A stretch of 57,122 nt of DNA from positions 1 to 57,122 of the forward strand of contig JAFCDX010000005.1 in NCBI GenBank assembly GCA_017609465.1. Reading direction: 5' to 3'. Of this stretch, positions 36,233 through 46,231 are shown piece after piece (the first letter of the stretch is position 1; each line of letters begins with the position of its first letter). The position numbers and the translations under genes are program-made. A model generated the notes under the pieces. It saw only the letters and a list, made by a program, of their open reading frames with translations. It did no database searches and had not been told where the DNA came from. This DNA is from Candidatus Woesearchaeota archaeon. Its GTDB lineage: Archaea > Nanobdellota > Nanobdellia > SCGC-AAA011-G17 > JAFCDX01.

Positions 36233-37156
36233 ATGGAATTATTTTGGATAGGGATATTTATCATTTCGTTAGCAGTATTAATTAAAAGTGCTGATTATTT
36301 TACAACTTTATCAAGAAAATTTGCATTAGTTTTGGGAATTCCAAGTTTTATAATTGGTGTTACTGTTGTTGCTTTTGGAACATCTGTTCCTGAACTGTTT
36401 ACTTCTATAATTGCTGTTCTGAATAATGCTTCAGAAGTTGTTCCTGGTGTTGTTATTGGAAGCAACATAAGTAATATTTTATTAGTGTTGGGTGTATGTG
36501 CAATAATATCTAAAAATCTAAGAATTGATATTGATATTATAGCAGTTCATCTTCCTTTATTGGTGGGTTCTGCAATATTATTATTTTTTATGCTTTTTGA
36601 TGGAATATTTACATGGAAAGAAGGAATATTATTGATATTAGCATATGTTATATATGTAATGTTTAGTAAAGAAGAATTTAAAGATCACAGAGAAAGAAAA
36701 GAAAAAATAAAATCTCATGATATTTTAATGTATATATTAATGATTGTTCTTATTTATTTTGGTTCAAAGTATACTGTTGAATCTTTAATACAAATTTCAA
36801 ATTCAATAGGAATAGGAGCAGAAATAATTGCAGCAACTGCTGTTGCTTTGGGAACTTCTTTGCCAGAATTAATGGTATCAATGCAAGCTATTCTTAAAAA
36901 AGATTTAGAATTGAGCGTAGGAAACATTCTTGGAAGTAATATATTTAATACATCTATTGTAATGGGGGTTTCTTCATTATTTGGAACAATAATAATTCCT
37001 TCAACAATAATTAATTTTGTTCTTCCTTTCATGCTTGCAATTACAATATTGTATTTCTTTGTCTCAGAAGATAGAACAATTACTAAATGGGAAGGATGGA
37101 TGATGATAATACTTTATTTGTTTTTTATAGGAATGACTTTTGGTTTGTTTAGTTAG
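36233..37156 (+). CDS. Ca2+/Na+ antiporter (CaCA family)
   Basis: Two alpha-repeats, 'GTSVPELFTSI' and 'GTSLPELMVSM'; polytopic. Confidence 0.85.
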   Translation: MELFWIGIFIISLAVLIKSADYFTTLSRKFALVLGIPSFIIGVTVVAFGTSVPELFTSIIAVLNNASEVVPGVVIGSNISNILLVLGVCAIISKNLRIDIDIIAVHLPLLVGSAILLFFMLFDGIFTWKEGILLILAYVIYVMFSKEEFKDHRERKEKIKSHDILMYILMIVLIYFGSKYTVESLIQISNSIGIGAEIIAATAVALGTSLPELMVSMQAILKKDLELSVGNILGSNIFNTSIVMGVSSLFGTIIIPSTIINFVLPFMLAITILYFFVSEDRTITKWEGWMMIILYLFFIGMTFGLFS

Positions 37157-37157
37157 A

Positions 37158-37165
37158 TTTATAAA
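37158..37165 (+). promoter_or_regulatory. TATA box for tRNA-Ser
   Basis: 'gatttataaatc' ends ~24 nt before the tRNA 5' end. Confidence 0.55.
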
Positions 37166-37188
37166 TCATTAAAGGAGATTTCTTTTAT

Positions 37189-37283
37189 GCCGAGGTCGCA
37201 TAATCTGGTATTGCACCGGACTGCTATATTATGTGGTTATCCGGGCCCTTCGGGGCGTCTGGGTTCAAATCCCAGCCTCGGCG
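37189..37283 (+). tRNA. tRNA-Ser (GCU) with a ~12-nt anticodon-loop intron
   Basis: GCCGAGG...CCGGA CTGCTA[TATTATGTGGTT]A TCCGG, a long variable arm GCCCTTCGGGGCGT, then CTGGG-TTCAAAT-CCCAG CCTCGGC G. Confidence 0.8.
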
Positions 37284-37327
37284 AACTTCTTCAAAACTTT
37301 TTTAAATAAAATCATATTAACATAATC

Positions 37328-37780
37328 ATGAATTTACTTGCATTGCTAGCTTTTTTGGGATTTCCTTTAGGATTTTTACTAAAAAGGATAACAAAAGACG
37401 AAATAAAACAAGGGAAGAAATACTTTGTTTTTATGATAAGGGCGTTGTTAATAATAATCGCATTGATTTTAATGTATAATTTTAAACCACATTGGATTCT
37501 TGTCATTGGGATAATAATAGCATATTTCTTAAGCTTTAATTATTTATATTTTGGGTTAACTTATATAATACTTGATAATTTTATTTTATATGTAATGTTA
37601 TTCATATTCGGGCTTCCTTATAGTACATTAAAAGATAATAAAAAAACAATTTTAAAGGAATTAATATTTTTCATAATTCCTTTATTATTGTTGGTAAGTA
37701 ATTTCAATGAAATATATGGAAAAGAAATTGCTTCATTTGCAGTCGGTTTCCTTTTCACAAAAGCAGTAAAATGGAAATAA
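37328..37780 (+). CDS. membrane protein, hypothetical
   Basis: 150 aa with about 4 TM segments. Confidence 0.45.
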   Translation: MNLLALLAFLGFPLGFLLKRITKDEIKQGKKYFVFMIRALLIIIALILMYNFKPHWILVIGIIIAYFLSFNYLYFGLTYIILDNFILYVMLFIFGLPYSTLKDNKKTILKELIFFIIPLLLLVSNFNEIYGKEIASFAVGFLFTKAVKWK

Positions 37781-38520
37781 AAGAATTTACAAAAAAACTA
37801 AAACAAAAAAGAGAATTAAATGACATGGATGATTCTTTCATAGAAAATAGAATAAAAGATTACATAAAAAAAAACAAACTTGAAAAAAAATTCAAGATAC
37901 CAGGGTTCTCAAAAACTTCTGCTTACAAAAAAATGTTTAAGGCATTGAGAAAAGACTTAAGGGAGATTTATGGTGTATTCAGGTCAAAAACATTCATGGA
38001 AAATCCTTCAATAAAAGAAAGGCTGGTTTATTACAAGGAAATATATCACAAAATATTTTCAATAACAGGAAAACCAAAAAAAATTCTTGATTTGGGTTGT
38101 GGATTAAATCCATTATCATATAAGTATATGGATCATAAACCATATTATTATGCTTGCGACATATCTGAAAATGATTTAAAGAAAGTCAGGGAATATTTCG
38201 GGAGAAACAAGGTAAAAGGAAAGGTTTTTACATTTGATTTGGTTTATGGAGATTATAATGATTTGCCAAAGGCAAATGTTTGTTTCTTATTCAAGACTCT
38301 TGAAGCATTAGAACAAATAAAAAACAATATTTCAAAAGACATAATAAAAAATCTTGATTGTGACTGGATTGTCGCAAGTTTTTCAAAAAAATCTTTAAGT
38401 GGAAAAAGGATAAAAAAAGCAGGAAGGGCATGGCTTAGAAGGTTATTAAAAAAATTAGATTTACATTATAAGATCTTTGACATAGGAAATGAAATATTTT
38501 TTGTAATAAAAAAGGAATGA
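37771..38520 (+). CDS. FmrO/Rmt/ArmA-like 16S rRNA (guanine-N7) methyltransferase homolog
   Basis: 'SIKERL...IYHKIF', 'KILDLGCGLNPLSY', 'ACDI', 'FTFDL', 'FLFKTLEALE', 'IVASFSKKSLSGK' and 'IFFVIKK' are collinear with RmtB/ArmA as I recall them. Confidence 0.65.
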   Translation: MEIKEFTKKLKQKRELNDMDDSFIENRIKDYIKKNKLEKKFKIPGFSKTSAYKKMFKALRKDLREIYGVFRSKTFMENPSIKERLVYYKEIYHKIFSITGKPKKILDLGCGLNPLSYKYMDHKPYYYACDISENDLKKVREYFGRNKVKGKVFTFDLVYGDYNDLPKANVCFLFKTLEALEQIKNNISKDIIKNLDCDWIVASFSKKSLSGKRIKKAGRAWLRRLLKKLDLHYKIFDIGNEIFFVIKKE

Positions 38521-39236
38521 TGCTAAATATAATAGGAATTGGATTATCTTACAAGAATATAACAGAAGAAATAATAGATATTGTTAAAGAGTCAAATATG
38601 ATTTATCTTGAGAATTATACTTCTAAGTATGATATGGAAAAAGAAGGACTTGAAAATCTGTTTGGTAAAAAAATAATATTGGCGAACAGGAATCTTGTCG
38701 AAAACTCTGAAGAAATAATAAATAATGCTCAGGACAAGATAGTTAGCTTTTTAGTTATAGGCGATGTTTTTTCTGCGACAACTCATATTGACTTATTGAT
38801 TGAGGCAAAAAAGAGGGACATAAAAACAAAAATAATCCATAATGTATCCATATTAACTGCTGTGGGAGAAACAGGGTTGTTTCTTTACAATTTTGGGAAA
38901 ATAACAAGCATACCGTTTGAAAATAAAAATGTCCATGAACCATTGGATGTGTTAGAGATGAACAAGAGAAATAACCTCCATACGTTGTTCTTGTTGGATT
39001 TGAATCCTTCAGAAAACAAATACATGACAATTAAGGAAGCATTGGAATTTTTAAAATTGGATGATGACGAATTTGTTGTCGGATGCTGTGCAATGGGAAC
39101 AAGAAATTCTGAAATAAAATATGGAACTGTTAAAGGAATTAAAGAATGTGATTTTGATTCCTTCCCCCAATGCTTTATAATCCCAGGTAAATTGCATTTT
39201 GTTGAAGAAGAAGCTTTGGAATTATACAGATTATAA
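38517..39236 (+). CDS. dphB: diphthine synthase (Dph5)
   Basis: Tetrapyrrole-methylase fold: 'MLNIIGIGL', 'VSFLVIGDVFSATTH' and 'HTLFLLDL'. It overlaps the upstream gene by 4 nt. Confidence 0.85.
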   Translation: MMLNIIGIGLSYKNITEEIIDIVKESNMIYLENYTSKYDMEKEGLENLFGKKIILANRNLVENSEEIINNAQDKIVSFLVIGDVFSATTHIDLLIEAKKRDIKTKIIHNVSILTAVGETGLFLYNFGKITSIPFENKNVHEPLDVLEMNKRNNLHTLFLLDLNPSENKYMTIKEALEFLKLDDDEFVVGCCAMGTRNSEIKYGTVKGIKECDFDSFPQCFIIPGKLHFVEEEALELYRL

Positions 39237-39277
39237 ATTCATAATCCTTTTAAATAATATCTTAATTAAGAGTTTTT

Positions 39278-39583
39278 ATGGAAGCAAAATTAAAAGATAA
39301 GATTTGTGATATTTTTTTGACTAGAGATGATATAAAGGAATTTATATCTAAACAATCACTAACTGAAAGAGTAAGTATGAATGGCGATGGAAAAAAATCT
39401 AATCTTACATTAAAGTTGGGAAATTATTGGTTTGTTAATGAGAGAAAAGAAGATTCAGAAGATATTTCTTATGACATTATTGTTCCAAATTGTGTAATTA
39501 AAGGTCTTTTTGAAGGTAGATGTGTTGGAACTAATTATGCAATTTCTAAATCTCTTAATGAGATATATATTTCTTTAAGTTAA
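39278..39583 (+). CDS. hypothetical protein
   Basis: 101-aa ORF. Confidence 0.4.
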   Translation: MEAKLKDKICDIFLTRDDIKEFISKQSLTERVSMNGDGKKSNLTLKLGNYWFVNERKEDSEDISYDIIVPNCVIKGLFEGRCVGTNYAISKSLNEIYISLS

Positions 39584-39781
39584 TTCTAAGATCTTTTCCT
39601 TGCTTTTAAAACCAGAAACAATTCTTACATTTTTCTTGAATTTTCTCTTGAACAATTTTATTATTTCAGAATTGGCCTTCCCTTTTTCAGGCTTTTCCTT
39701 TACATTAACTTCATAATATCCTTCTTTTTCTATTACTTCATTATTTGGAGAATTTGCCTTTACTTTAATTTTTATTCTCAT
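39575..39781 (-). CDS. DUF167/YggU-family protein
   Basis: 'KIKVKANSPNNEV...YEVNVKEKPEKGKANSEIIKLFKRKFKKNVRIVSGFKSKEKILEL'. The start codon is uncertain. Confidence 0.6.
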   Translation of the reverse strand: MRIKIKVKANSPNNEVIEKEGYYEVNVKEKPEKGKANSEIIKLFKRKFKKNVRIVSGFKSKEKILELT

Positions 39782-39831
39782 AATAATATGCATTTCACAA
39801 GATTTAAATATCTTTTCAGAAAACACTCATC

Positions 39832-40581
39832 ATGAAAAGAATATTTATCCTGGTATTGTTAATTTTAATAATTGGAACAGTGTCTGGAGAGAAATTAATT
39901 ACTACCCAGAATTCTCCTACAAGCGAAGACATAAAAGAGATTGTTAATGCAGATTTGATCAGGCCGTTTCAGGAAGATTATTTCATTGTAAATTCAAGCG
40001 AGCTACCAAAGTTCAGTAATCCTAAAAAAGGGATACCAGAAACCCCTTTTCTTTCTTTTGAAGTTAGTGATAAAAAAATAAACATAAAACCAGACTCCTT
40101 GACAGTTGATGGCATGTTAATAAAGCCTACAGAATACACTATGTATATGCCTTATACAAATTATTTTTTATCCCAGAACCTGAGAATATGGCAGATGGAA
40201 GATTATCTTATATTGCAGGATGATACTTTTAATATAGCAACAGAGGAAATTAATGTTGAAAAGGGCATTGTTTATCTACATAAAAACAAACTACCTATAA
40301 AAATAATGCCTTACATGATAACATATGAAATAAGAAAATTAACCAGAGATGAAGTTACTGACATGACTATTTTCGTTGAAGAAGATGAATTGAAATATAG
40401 CCTTAAAGCACCAGCAACAGGAAAGTTATTTTATTTATTTGATAAAAATATGAAAATAAAAATAATAATAGATGGGTTTAAGGGAACAATGAGATATGAC
40501 AAGCCATGGTATGCATTATTTACTGTGGGAGAAACAGATAAGTTTGATAATATTGATTTAGAAGAATTTAAGGCGTTTTAG
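39832..40581 (+). CDS. secreted hypothetical protein
   Basis: 249 aa with an N-terminal signal/TM segment. Confidence 0.5.
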   Translation: MKRIFILVLLILIIGTVSGEKLITTQNSPTSEDIKEIVNADLIRPFQEDYFIVNSSELPKFSNPKKGIPETPFLSFEVSDKKINIKPDSLTVDGMLIKPTEYTMYMPYTNYFLSQNLRIWQMEDYLILQDDTFNIATEEINVEKGIVYLHKNKLPIKIMPYMITYEIRKLTRDEVTDMTIFVEEDELKYSLKAPATGKLFYLFDKNMKIKIIIDGFKGTMRYDKPWYALFTVGETDKFDNIDLEEFKAF

Positions 40582-42287
40582 TTTCTCTTTTTAATCTTAT
40601 TCAAAATTTCTTTTACAAAAGCATCAACTTTAACATCAAATTTGACTTTTCCGTCAAGAGTTCTTATTGCAAGAGATTTTTTCTTTACTTCCTTGTCCCC
40701 TATTGTTATTGCCAGGGGGATTTTTTCCTTTTGAGCATCTCTAACTTTTTTTGGAATGCTTTCTCTTCTATCATCCAATTCAACTCTTATGTTATTCTCT
40801 CTTAATTTATCATAAACTTCTTTTGCAAATTTTAGATTGGAATCATTTATTGTTAATATTTTTACTTGAACAGGAGCAAGCCACAAAGGAAATTTACCTG
40901 CATAATGTTCTATCAGTATTCCTATGAATCTTTCAAGAGATCCCAATATTGCCCTATGTATCATTACAGGGGTTTTCTTCCTTCCATCTTTTGATTCATA
41001 TGTTGCCTTAAATCTCTCAGGCATTGAAAAGTCAACTTGTATTGTTCCGCATTGCCAGTTTCTTCCCAATGCATCTTTTATATTAAATTCAATCTTTGGA
41101 CCGTAAAATGCACCCTCTCCTTTTTTAATTCCATATTCCATGTTTTTTTTCTTAAGAGCGTTTTTCAATGCATCTGTTGCAATCTTCCATACTCTGTCAC
41201 TTCCTATTGACTTGTCTGGTTTTGTTGCAATATATGTTCCTATGTCTTTAAATCCAAATAAACCATATAAATTAACAGCATATTCAACCATGTCAATTAT
41301 TTCAGATTCTACTTGCTCTTCTGTACAAAAAGAATGAGCATCATCTTGTGTGAATGCCCTTACTCTAAAAAGACCGTTTAATACTCCTGAAAGTTCGTGC
41401 CTATGTACATATCCAAATTCAGCTCTTCTTAATGGAAGTTCTTTGTAAGAATGAAGATTTGTTTTGTATATCAGTAAACCCCCTGGACAGTTCATGGGTT
41501 TTACAGCAAATTCCTTCTTGTCTATCTTTGTGAAATACATATCATCCTTAAAATTATCCCAATGCCCGGACAATTTCCACAATGAAGAATTTAATATCGT
41601 TGGAGTCATTATTTCTTCATAATTTCTTTTTTTATTTTCATTTCTTGCAAGTTTTAATAATTTATTGTAAATTACCATTCCTTTTGGATGCCAGAAAGGC
41701 ATTCCAGGAGCCTCGGCATGGAAAGAAAACAAGTCTAATTCTTTTCCAATTTTAATATGATTTCTTTTTTCAGCTTCTTCAAGGAATTTCAAATAATTTT
41801 TGAGTTCTTTCGCATTCTCAAAAGCAACACCATATATTCTTGTAAGCATCTTATTTTTGGAATTTCCCTTCCAATAAGCCCCTGCTATTTTTGTTAGCTT
41901 GAATGCTTTTATGTTTAATTTTCCTGTTGAACTTACATGAGGTCCTTTACACAAGTCAATGAAATTTCCCTGCTCATAAAAAGAAATATTTTTGTCCTTT
42001 AATTCCTTTAACAGTTCCAATTTGTATTTTTCTCCTTTTAGTTTTTTTTCTGCATCTTTTCTTTTTAACAATATTTTTTTTATCTTTAAGTCTTCTTTTA
42101 CAATATCTTTCATCTTTTTTTCTATCTTGGAAATGTCATCTTCAGAAATGTTTAGATTATCAAAATCATAATAAAATCCATTTTCAATTGCAGGGCCCAT
42201 TCCTAATTTTGATTTTGGATATAATTCCTTTACAGCATGTGCTAGGACATGGGCAAAAGAATGTCTTATTTTTTCAATATCTGACAT
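40578..42287 (-). CDS. thrS: threonine--tRNA ligase (short form lacking the N-terminal TGS region)
   Basis: It starts directly at 'IRHSFAHVLAHAV' (the second additional domain). Class II core includes 'FRVRAFTQDDAH' and 'RAILGSLERF', followed by the anticodon-binding domain. Confidence 0.95.
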   Translation of the reverse strand: MSDIEKIRHSFAHVLAHAVKELYPKSKLGMGPAIENGFYYDFDNLNISEDDISKIEKKMKDIVKEDLKIKKILLKRKDAEKKLKGEKYKLELLKELKDKNISFYEQGNFIDLCKGPHVSSTGKLNIKAFKLTKIAGAYWKGNSKNKMLTRIYGVAFENAKELKNYLKFLEEAEKRNHIKIGKELDLFSFHAEAPGMPFWHPKGMVIYNKLLKLARNENKKRNYEEIMTPTILNSSLWKLSGHWDNFKDDMYFTKIDKKEFAVKPMNCPGGLLIYKTNLHSYKELPLRRAEFGYVHRHELSGVLNGLFRVRAFTQDDAHSFCTEEQVESEIIDMVEYAVNLYGLFGFKDIGTYIATKPDKSIGSDRVWKIATDALKNALKKKNMEYGIKKGEGAFYGPKIEFNIKDALGRNWQCGTIQVDFSMPERFKATYESKDGRKKTPVMIHRAILGSLERFIGILIEHYAGKFPLWLAPVQVKILTINDSNLKFAKEVYDKLRENNIRVELDDRRESIPKKVRDAQKEKIPLAITIGDKEVKKKSLAIRTLDGKVKFDVKVDAFVKEILNKIKKRN

Positions 42288-42402
42288 ATATAATAAAATA
42301 ATTGTTTTATATTTAAATTTAATGTTAATGAAATTTTGGGGATTATAAGTTTTAAAATTATCACCGAAAGTTTTATAAGTTATATTTTCATAAATTTAAC
42401 AA

Positions 42403-42639
42403 ATGAAAGCAAAAATATTTATGTTTGGAATTTTAATTGCATTAATTATGGTTTTTGTTAGTGGACAAACTGAAAATAATGATATAAATAATGAAACTGA
42501 TGATATTCAAGATCATCCAGAGGTAACAGGAAATTATGTTTCTGTTTTTGATGAAGGAAACAGTCTATATTGGTTAATTGCCTTGGGGATAATTATTCTT
42601 GTAACAGGTGGAATACTGTATACACAGGAAAGAAAATAA
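42403..42639 (+). CDS. small secreted/membrane protein
   Basis: 78 aa with a signal peptide plus a C-terminal TM. Confidence 0.4.
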   Translation: MKAKIFMFGILIALIMVFVSGQTENNDINNETDDIQDHPEVTGNYVSVFDEGNSLYWLIALGIIILVTGGILYTQERK

Positions 42640-42701
42640 ATTTTTGACTTATTCTCTGAAGAATAGTAAACTATTTAAATAAAAAATCACTTTTTTTTGT
42701 A

Positions 42702-44636
42702 ATGAAAAAAGCATTTTTGATGGTGATATTGTTTTTGATTCCTTTTGTGTCGGCTAGCATTTATATTGACACTCCTTTAAATGAGCAATATAATCTTGGA
42801 GACAGCGTTGATTTAAGCGGTTATTTATTGGAAGATGAGGATATTTTTGGAAACTTGTTCTTAAATATTGAATGTAGCAATAATTCAAGACAGATAGCGG
42901 CAAAATCAATTAGGATAGAAAAAGATATACCAAAAGATTTTAATTTTGATTTGTCAATTAATTCAGAAGATACTGGAAATTGCAATTTTAATCTACAATT
43001 AAATGATTTCAATAATACTGTAATAGATGAGATTAATTCAGACACTTTTGAAATAACAGAAGAATTAAGTCCAAGCTTCTATATTAATGAAAACCAATAC
43101 AAAAACAATTTTCAATTGGGGGACACTATATCAATCTCAGGAACAGTGTTAAATGTCAATGATAAAAAGGTTGATGGTCTTGCAACAATAACAATAAAAA
43201 AGGATGATATTAACTATGTAATAGCTTCATCTGAAATAGAAGAAGGGGATTTTGAATATTCTAATCAATTACTATATATGCCTTCAGGAGAATATTCTGT
43301 AAGCTTTAATATAAAAGATGTCAATGGGAATGAAGGAACTTATGAAAATGAATTGAGATTTAATTTAGAAAGCGAATTGGTAATAACAGCAGATACAAAT
43401 AAAGATTCTTACAAACCCGGGGATATTATAACATTAACAGGAAAAGTTTCTGAAAAAGTCGGAGATTCCTTCACAGGGAACAAGATAAATGTTTTATTTA
43501 ATGATGAAAAGTATACTGCAGATATAATGAGTGGAGAATTTTCACTAAGCATACCTTCTGCAAGTAATATAAAATCCAATGAGCATAATATAACACTTAA
43601 AGTAAGCGATGAATTCGGAAATTATGGTGAAAAATCAATAGGAATTTTAATAATTCCAATTCCAACCTCTCTTGAATTAAGTCTTGACAAGGAATCCTAT
43701 GTTCCCGAGGATGTTGTTATTATATCTTCAAGTTTGTTGGACCAGGCAGGGGATGAATTATCAAAAACAGTTAATATTAAAATAAAAGACGTTGAAAATA
43801 ATGTGGTGTTTGAAGAGACTGCTTTAACAACAGACCAAATAAATTATAAATTGCCTCAATTCTCTGTTCCAGGAGAATGGAATGTAGAAGCAGAAGCCTC
43901 TGATTTAGAAGATGTGATTAACCTGATTGTAGAACCAATAGAAATAATGGAAGTAGATCTTGATGGAGAAACACTGATTATAAAAAATATGGGTAATGAA
44001 ATTTTTGATGATGATATAGCAATAGACGGCAATGGTGTTGTAAAATACGAAAGAGTAAAATTAGAGCCTAATGAAACAAAGATGATTCCTTTATTCACAT
44101 TATTTGATGGGGGGACTTACACAATTTCAACATTAGGAAAAGAATTCTCAGAAGTTACAGTTACTGATAAGGGAATATTAAGCAGGATAGGTGCCGGGTT
44201 TAATTCAATAACAGGAGGAATTACAGGATCAAGTAATGAAATTAATCTTACAGGAATATTATCGTTATTAGCTATAATTCTTGCAATAGGGGCTGTATTT
44301 TACTTTGTTTACAAAGGGGGATACAAATATTATATTAATCAAAAGCCAGACCATGAAAGAAGAAGATATGAAATGATGGAAGGCGCAAAAAGAAAAGACG
44401 AATTAAAAAGCAAAAAGAAAAAATACAACTTTGATTTTGGAAAAACTACTGAAAAGGATGTTGAGGATTTCAGAAAAAGGATGGTTGAATCTGTTAAAGA
44501 GCAACCTAAAAAACAGGAGCAAAAATACAACTTCATGAGTAATTTCAAAAAAGAAGAACCAAAACCAGAACCTAAAAAAGAAGAGCCTAAGAAAGATGAC
44601 AGTTCCCAAGGCGGAACTTTCTCAATGTTTGATTAA
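42702..44636 (+). CDS. large cell-surface protein (Ig-like repeats, C-terminal TM anchor, K/E-rich tail)
   Basis: 644 aa. Signal peptide, reiterated ~100-aa beta-rich segments, TM 'GILSLLAIILAIGAVFYFVY', then a charged tail. Confidence 0.6.
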   Translation: MKKAFLMVILFLIPFVSASIYIDTPLNEQYNLGDSVDLSGYLLEDEDIFGNLFLNIECSNNSRQIAAKSIRIEKDIPKDFNFDLSINSEDTGNCNFNLQLNDFNNTVIDEINSDTFEITEELSPSFYINENQYKNNFQLGDTISISGTVLNVNDKKVDGLATITIKKDDINYVIASSEIEEGDFEYSNQLLYMPSGEYSVSFNIKDVNGNEGTYENELRFNLESELVITADTNKDSYKPGDIITLTGKVSEKVGDSFTGNKINVLFNDEKYTADIMSGEFSLSIPSASNIKSNEHNITLKVSDEFGNYGEKSIGILIIPIPTSLELSLDKESYVPEDVVIISSSLLDQAGDELSKTVNIKIKDVENNVVFEETALTTDQINYKLPQFSVPGEWNVEAEASDLEDVINLIVEPIEIMEVDLDGETLIIKNMGNEIFDDDIAIDGNGVVKYERVKLEPNETKMIPLFTLFDGGTYTISTLGKEFSEVTVTDKGILSRIGAGFNSITGGITGSSNEINLTGILSLLAIILAIGAVFYFVYKGGYKYYINQKPDHERRRYEMMEGAKRKDELKSKKKKYNFDFGKTTEKDVEDFRKRMVESVKEQPKKQEQKYNFMSNFKKEEPKPEPKKEEPKKDDSSQGGTFSMFD

Positions 44637-45367
44637 ATTTCCCAAACACCACTTTGTTTTTCTCTTGATAGAATATAACAATTTGTTTTTTTAACTATTG
44701 ACTCAAACGTATTTTTTGCTATTGAAGGTTTGTTATTATTTGCAGATAAATGTCCAAGCAATACAAAATCAAGATGCTTGCCTTTTTCTTTTATGAAAGT
44801 GCTTGCATGAACATTACTTAAATGCCCTATGTCCGAGAATATTCTTTGTTTTAGATAGTAAGGATAGTTCCCTTTTATCAGCATATCTATATCATGGTTA
44901 GATTCTAATAATATTCCCTTAAGGTTTTTTACTATATATTTCATATTTCTTGTTATTATTCCAGTATCTGTGAATATTCCAAATTTGTTAATTACAAAAC
45001 CGCAGGACGGAACATCATGCGAGGTTTCTATTGCCTTTATGTTTAGGTTTTTTATTTTAAAAGTCGAATTTATTGAATAAAACTTTACGTTTTCATTAAA
45101 TAATAATTGTGTATTTGTTTTTCTTGTCATATAAAGAGGAACATTATATCTTCTTGATATTAAATCTACGCTCATTGAATGATCTGTATGCGCATGAGTA
45201 AGTAAAACAGCATCGAGATTTTCAAGGGATTTTCCTAATTTTTTTAACCTGTAATTTATTTCCTTAAGGCTTTTTCCAGCATCCACGAGAATAGAAGTAT
45301 CTTTTTCTTCTATCAAACAAGAGTTTCCATTACTTCCAGAAGCTATAACAGAAATATTCATCACCAT
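44633..45367 (-). CDS. MBL-fold metallo-hydrolase
   Basis: 'LLTHAHTDHS'; 244 aa. Confidence 0.8.
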   Translation of the reverse strand: MVMNISVIASGSNGNSCLIEEKDTSILVDAGKSLKEINYRLKKLGKSLENLDAVLLTHAHTDHSMSVDLISRRYNVPLYMTRKTNTQLLFNENVKFYSINSTFKIKNLNIKAIETSHDVPSCGFVINKFGIFTDTGIITRNMKYIVKNLKGILLESNHDIDMLIKGNYPYYLKQRIFSDIGHLSNVHASTFIKEKGKHLDFVLLGHLSANNNKPSIAKNTFESIVKKTNCYILSREKQSGVWEI

Positions 45368-45442
45368 CTTATTAGAATGAAAATCCTACTTATTTAAATA
45401 TTTTCTCGTAATATTTATATTATATTGAATTTATCTAATAAT

Positions 45443-46231
45443 ATGATAAGATTAGGTCCTGCTGGGTTTGGTGGAGTGAAAGAAGCAAAAGGAAATCTTG
45501 AAGATTATCATAAAAACAAGATAACTGCTTGTGAAATAGCATTTACATACCAGATATATTTGAATAATACCCAGGCAAAGGAAATAGGGAAAATAGCAGA
45601 TAAAAATAATATTTCTTTAAGCATACATGCTCCTTATTGGATAAATCTTAATTCTAAAGAAAAGAGAAAAATAGAGCAGAGCAAGCAAAGAATATTGAAA
45701 TGTTGTGAAATAGCCCACCATCTGAATGCAAAGTATGTTGTTTTCCATCCTGGTTTTTATTCTGGAATGGAAAAAGAAGAATCCTTCAATAACATAAAAG
45801 AGGCAATTAATGATATGCAATCTCAAATTAAAGGATATAAATGGAAAGTCAAGCTTGCTCCAGAAACTATGGGGAAAATAAATGTGTTTGGTTCTATAGA
45901 TGAAATAATGGATTTGGTAAAAGAAACTAAATCAGCCTTTTGCTTTGACTTTGCTCATTCAAAAGCACATTCTCAAGGAAAAGAATCTTATGGCGAAATG
46001 TTAAAAAAAATTAAGAAATTCAAGCACATTCATTCTCATTTTTCTGGGATAGAATGGACGAAAAAAGGAGAGAAAAGACACATAATAACCCCTGAAAAAG
46101 AAATAAAAAGTTTAGGCAAAGCGCTAAAAGACAATCATATTAAAAACATTACAATAATAAACGAGTCTCCAAGCCCTGTAAGTGATTCAATAAAAACAAT
46201 TAATATTTTCAAGAAATTAAAATTATTATAA
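45443..46231 (+). CDS. nfo: endonuclease IV-like AP endonuclease (xylose-isomerase TIM barrel)
   Basis: 'HAPYWINL', 'VVFHPG', 'APETMG', 'FDFAH' and 'HSHFS'. Confidence 0.7.
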   Translation: MIRLGPAGFGGVKEAKGNLEDYHKNKITACEIAFTYQIYLNNTQAKEIGKIADKNNISLSIHAPYWINLNSKEKRKIEQSKQRILKCCEIAHHLNAKYVVFHPGFYSGMEKEESFNNIKEAINDMQSQIKGYKWKVKLAPETMGKINVFGSIDEIMDLVKETKSAFCFDFAHSKAHSQGKESYGEMLKKIKKFKHIHSHFSGIEWTKKGEKRHIITPEKEIKSLGKALKDNHIKNITIINESPSPVSDSIKTINIFKKLKLL

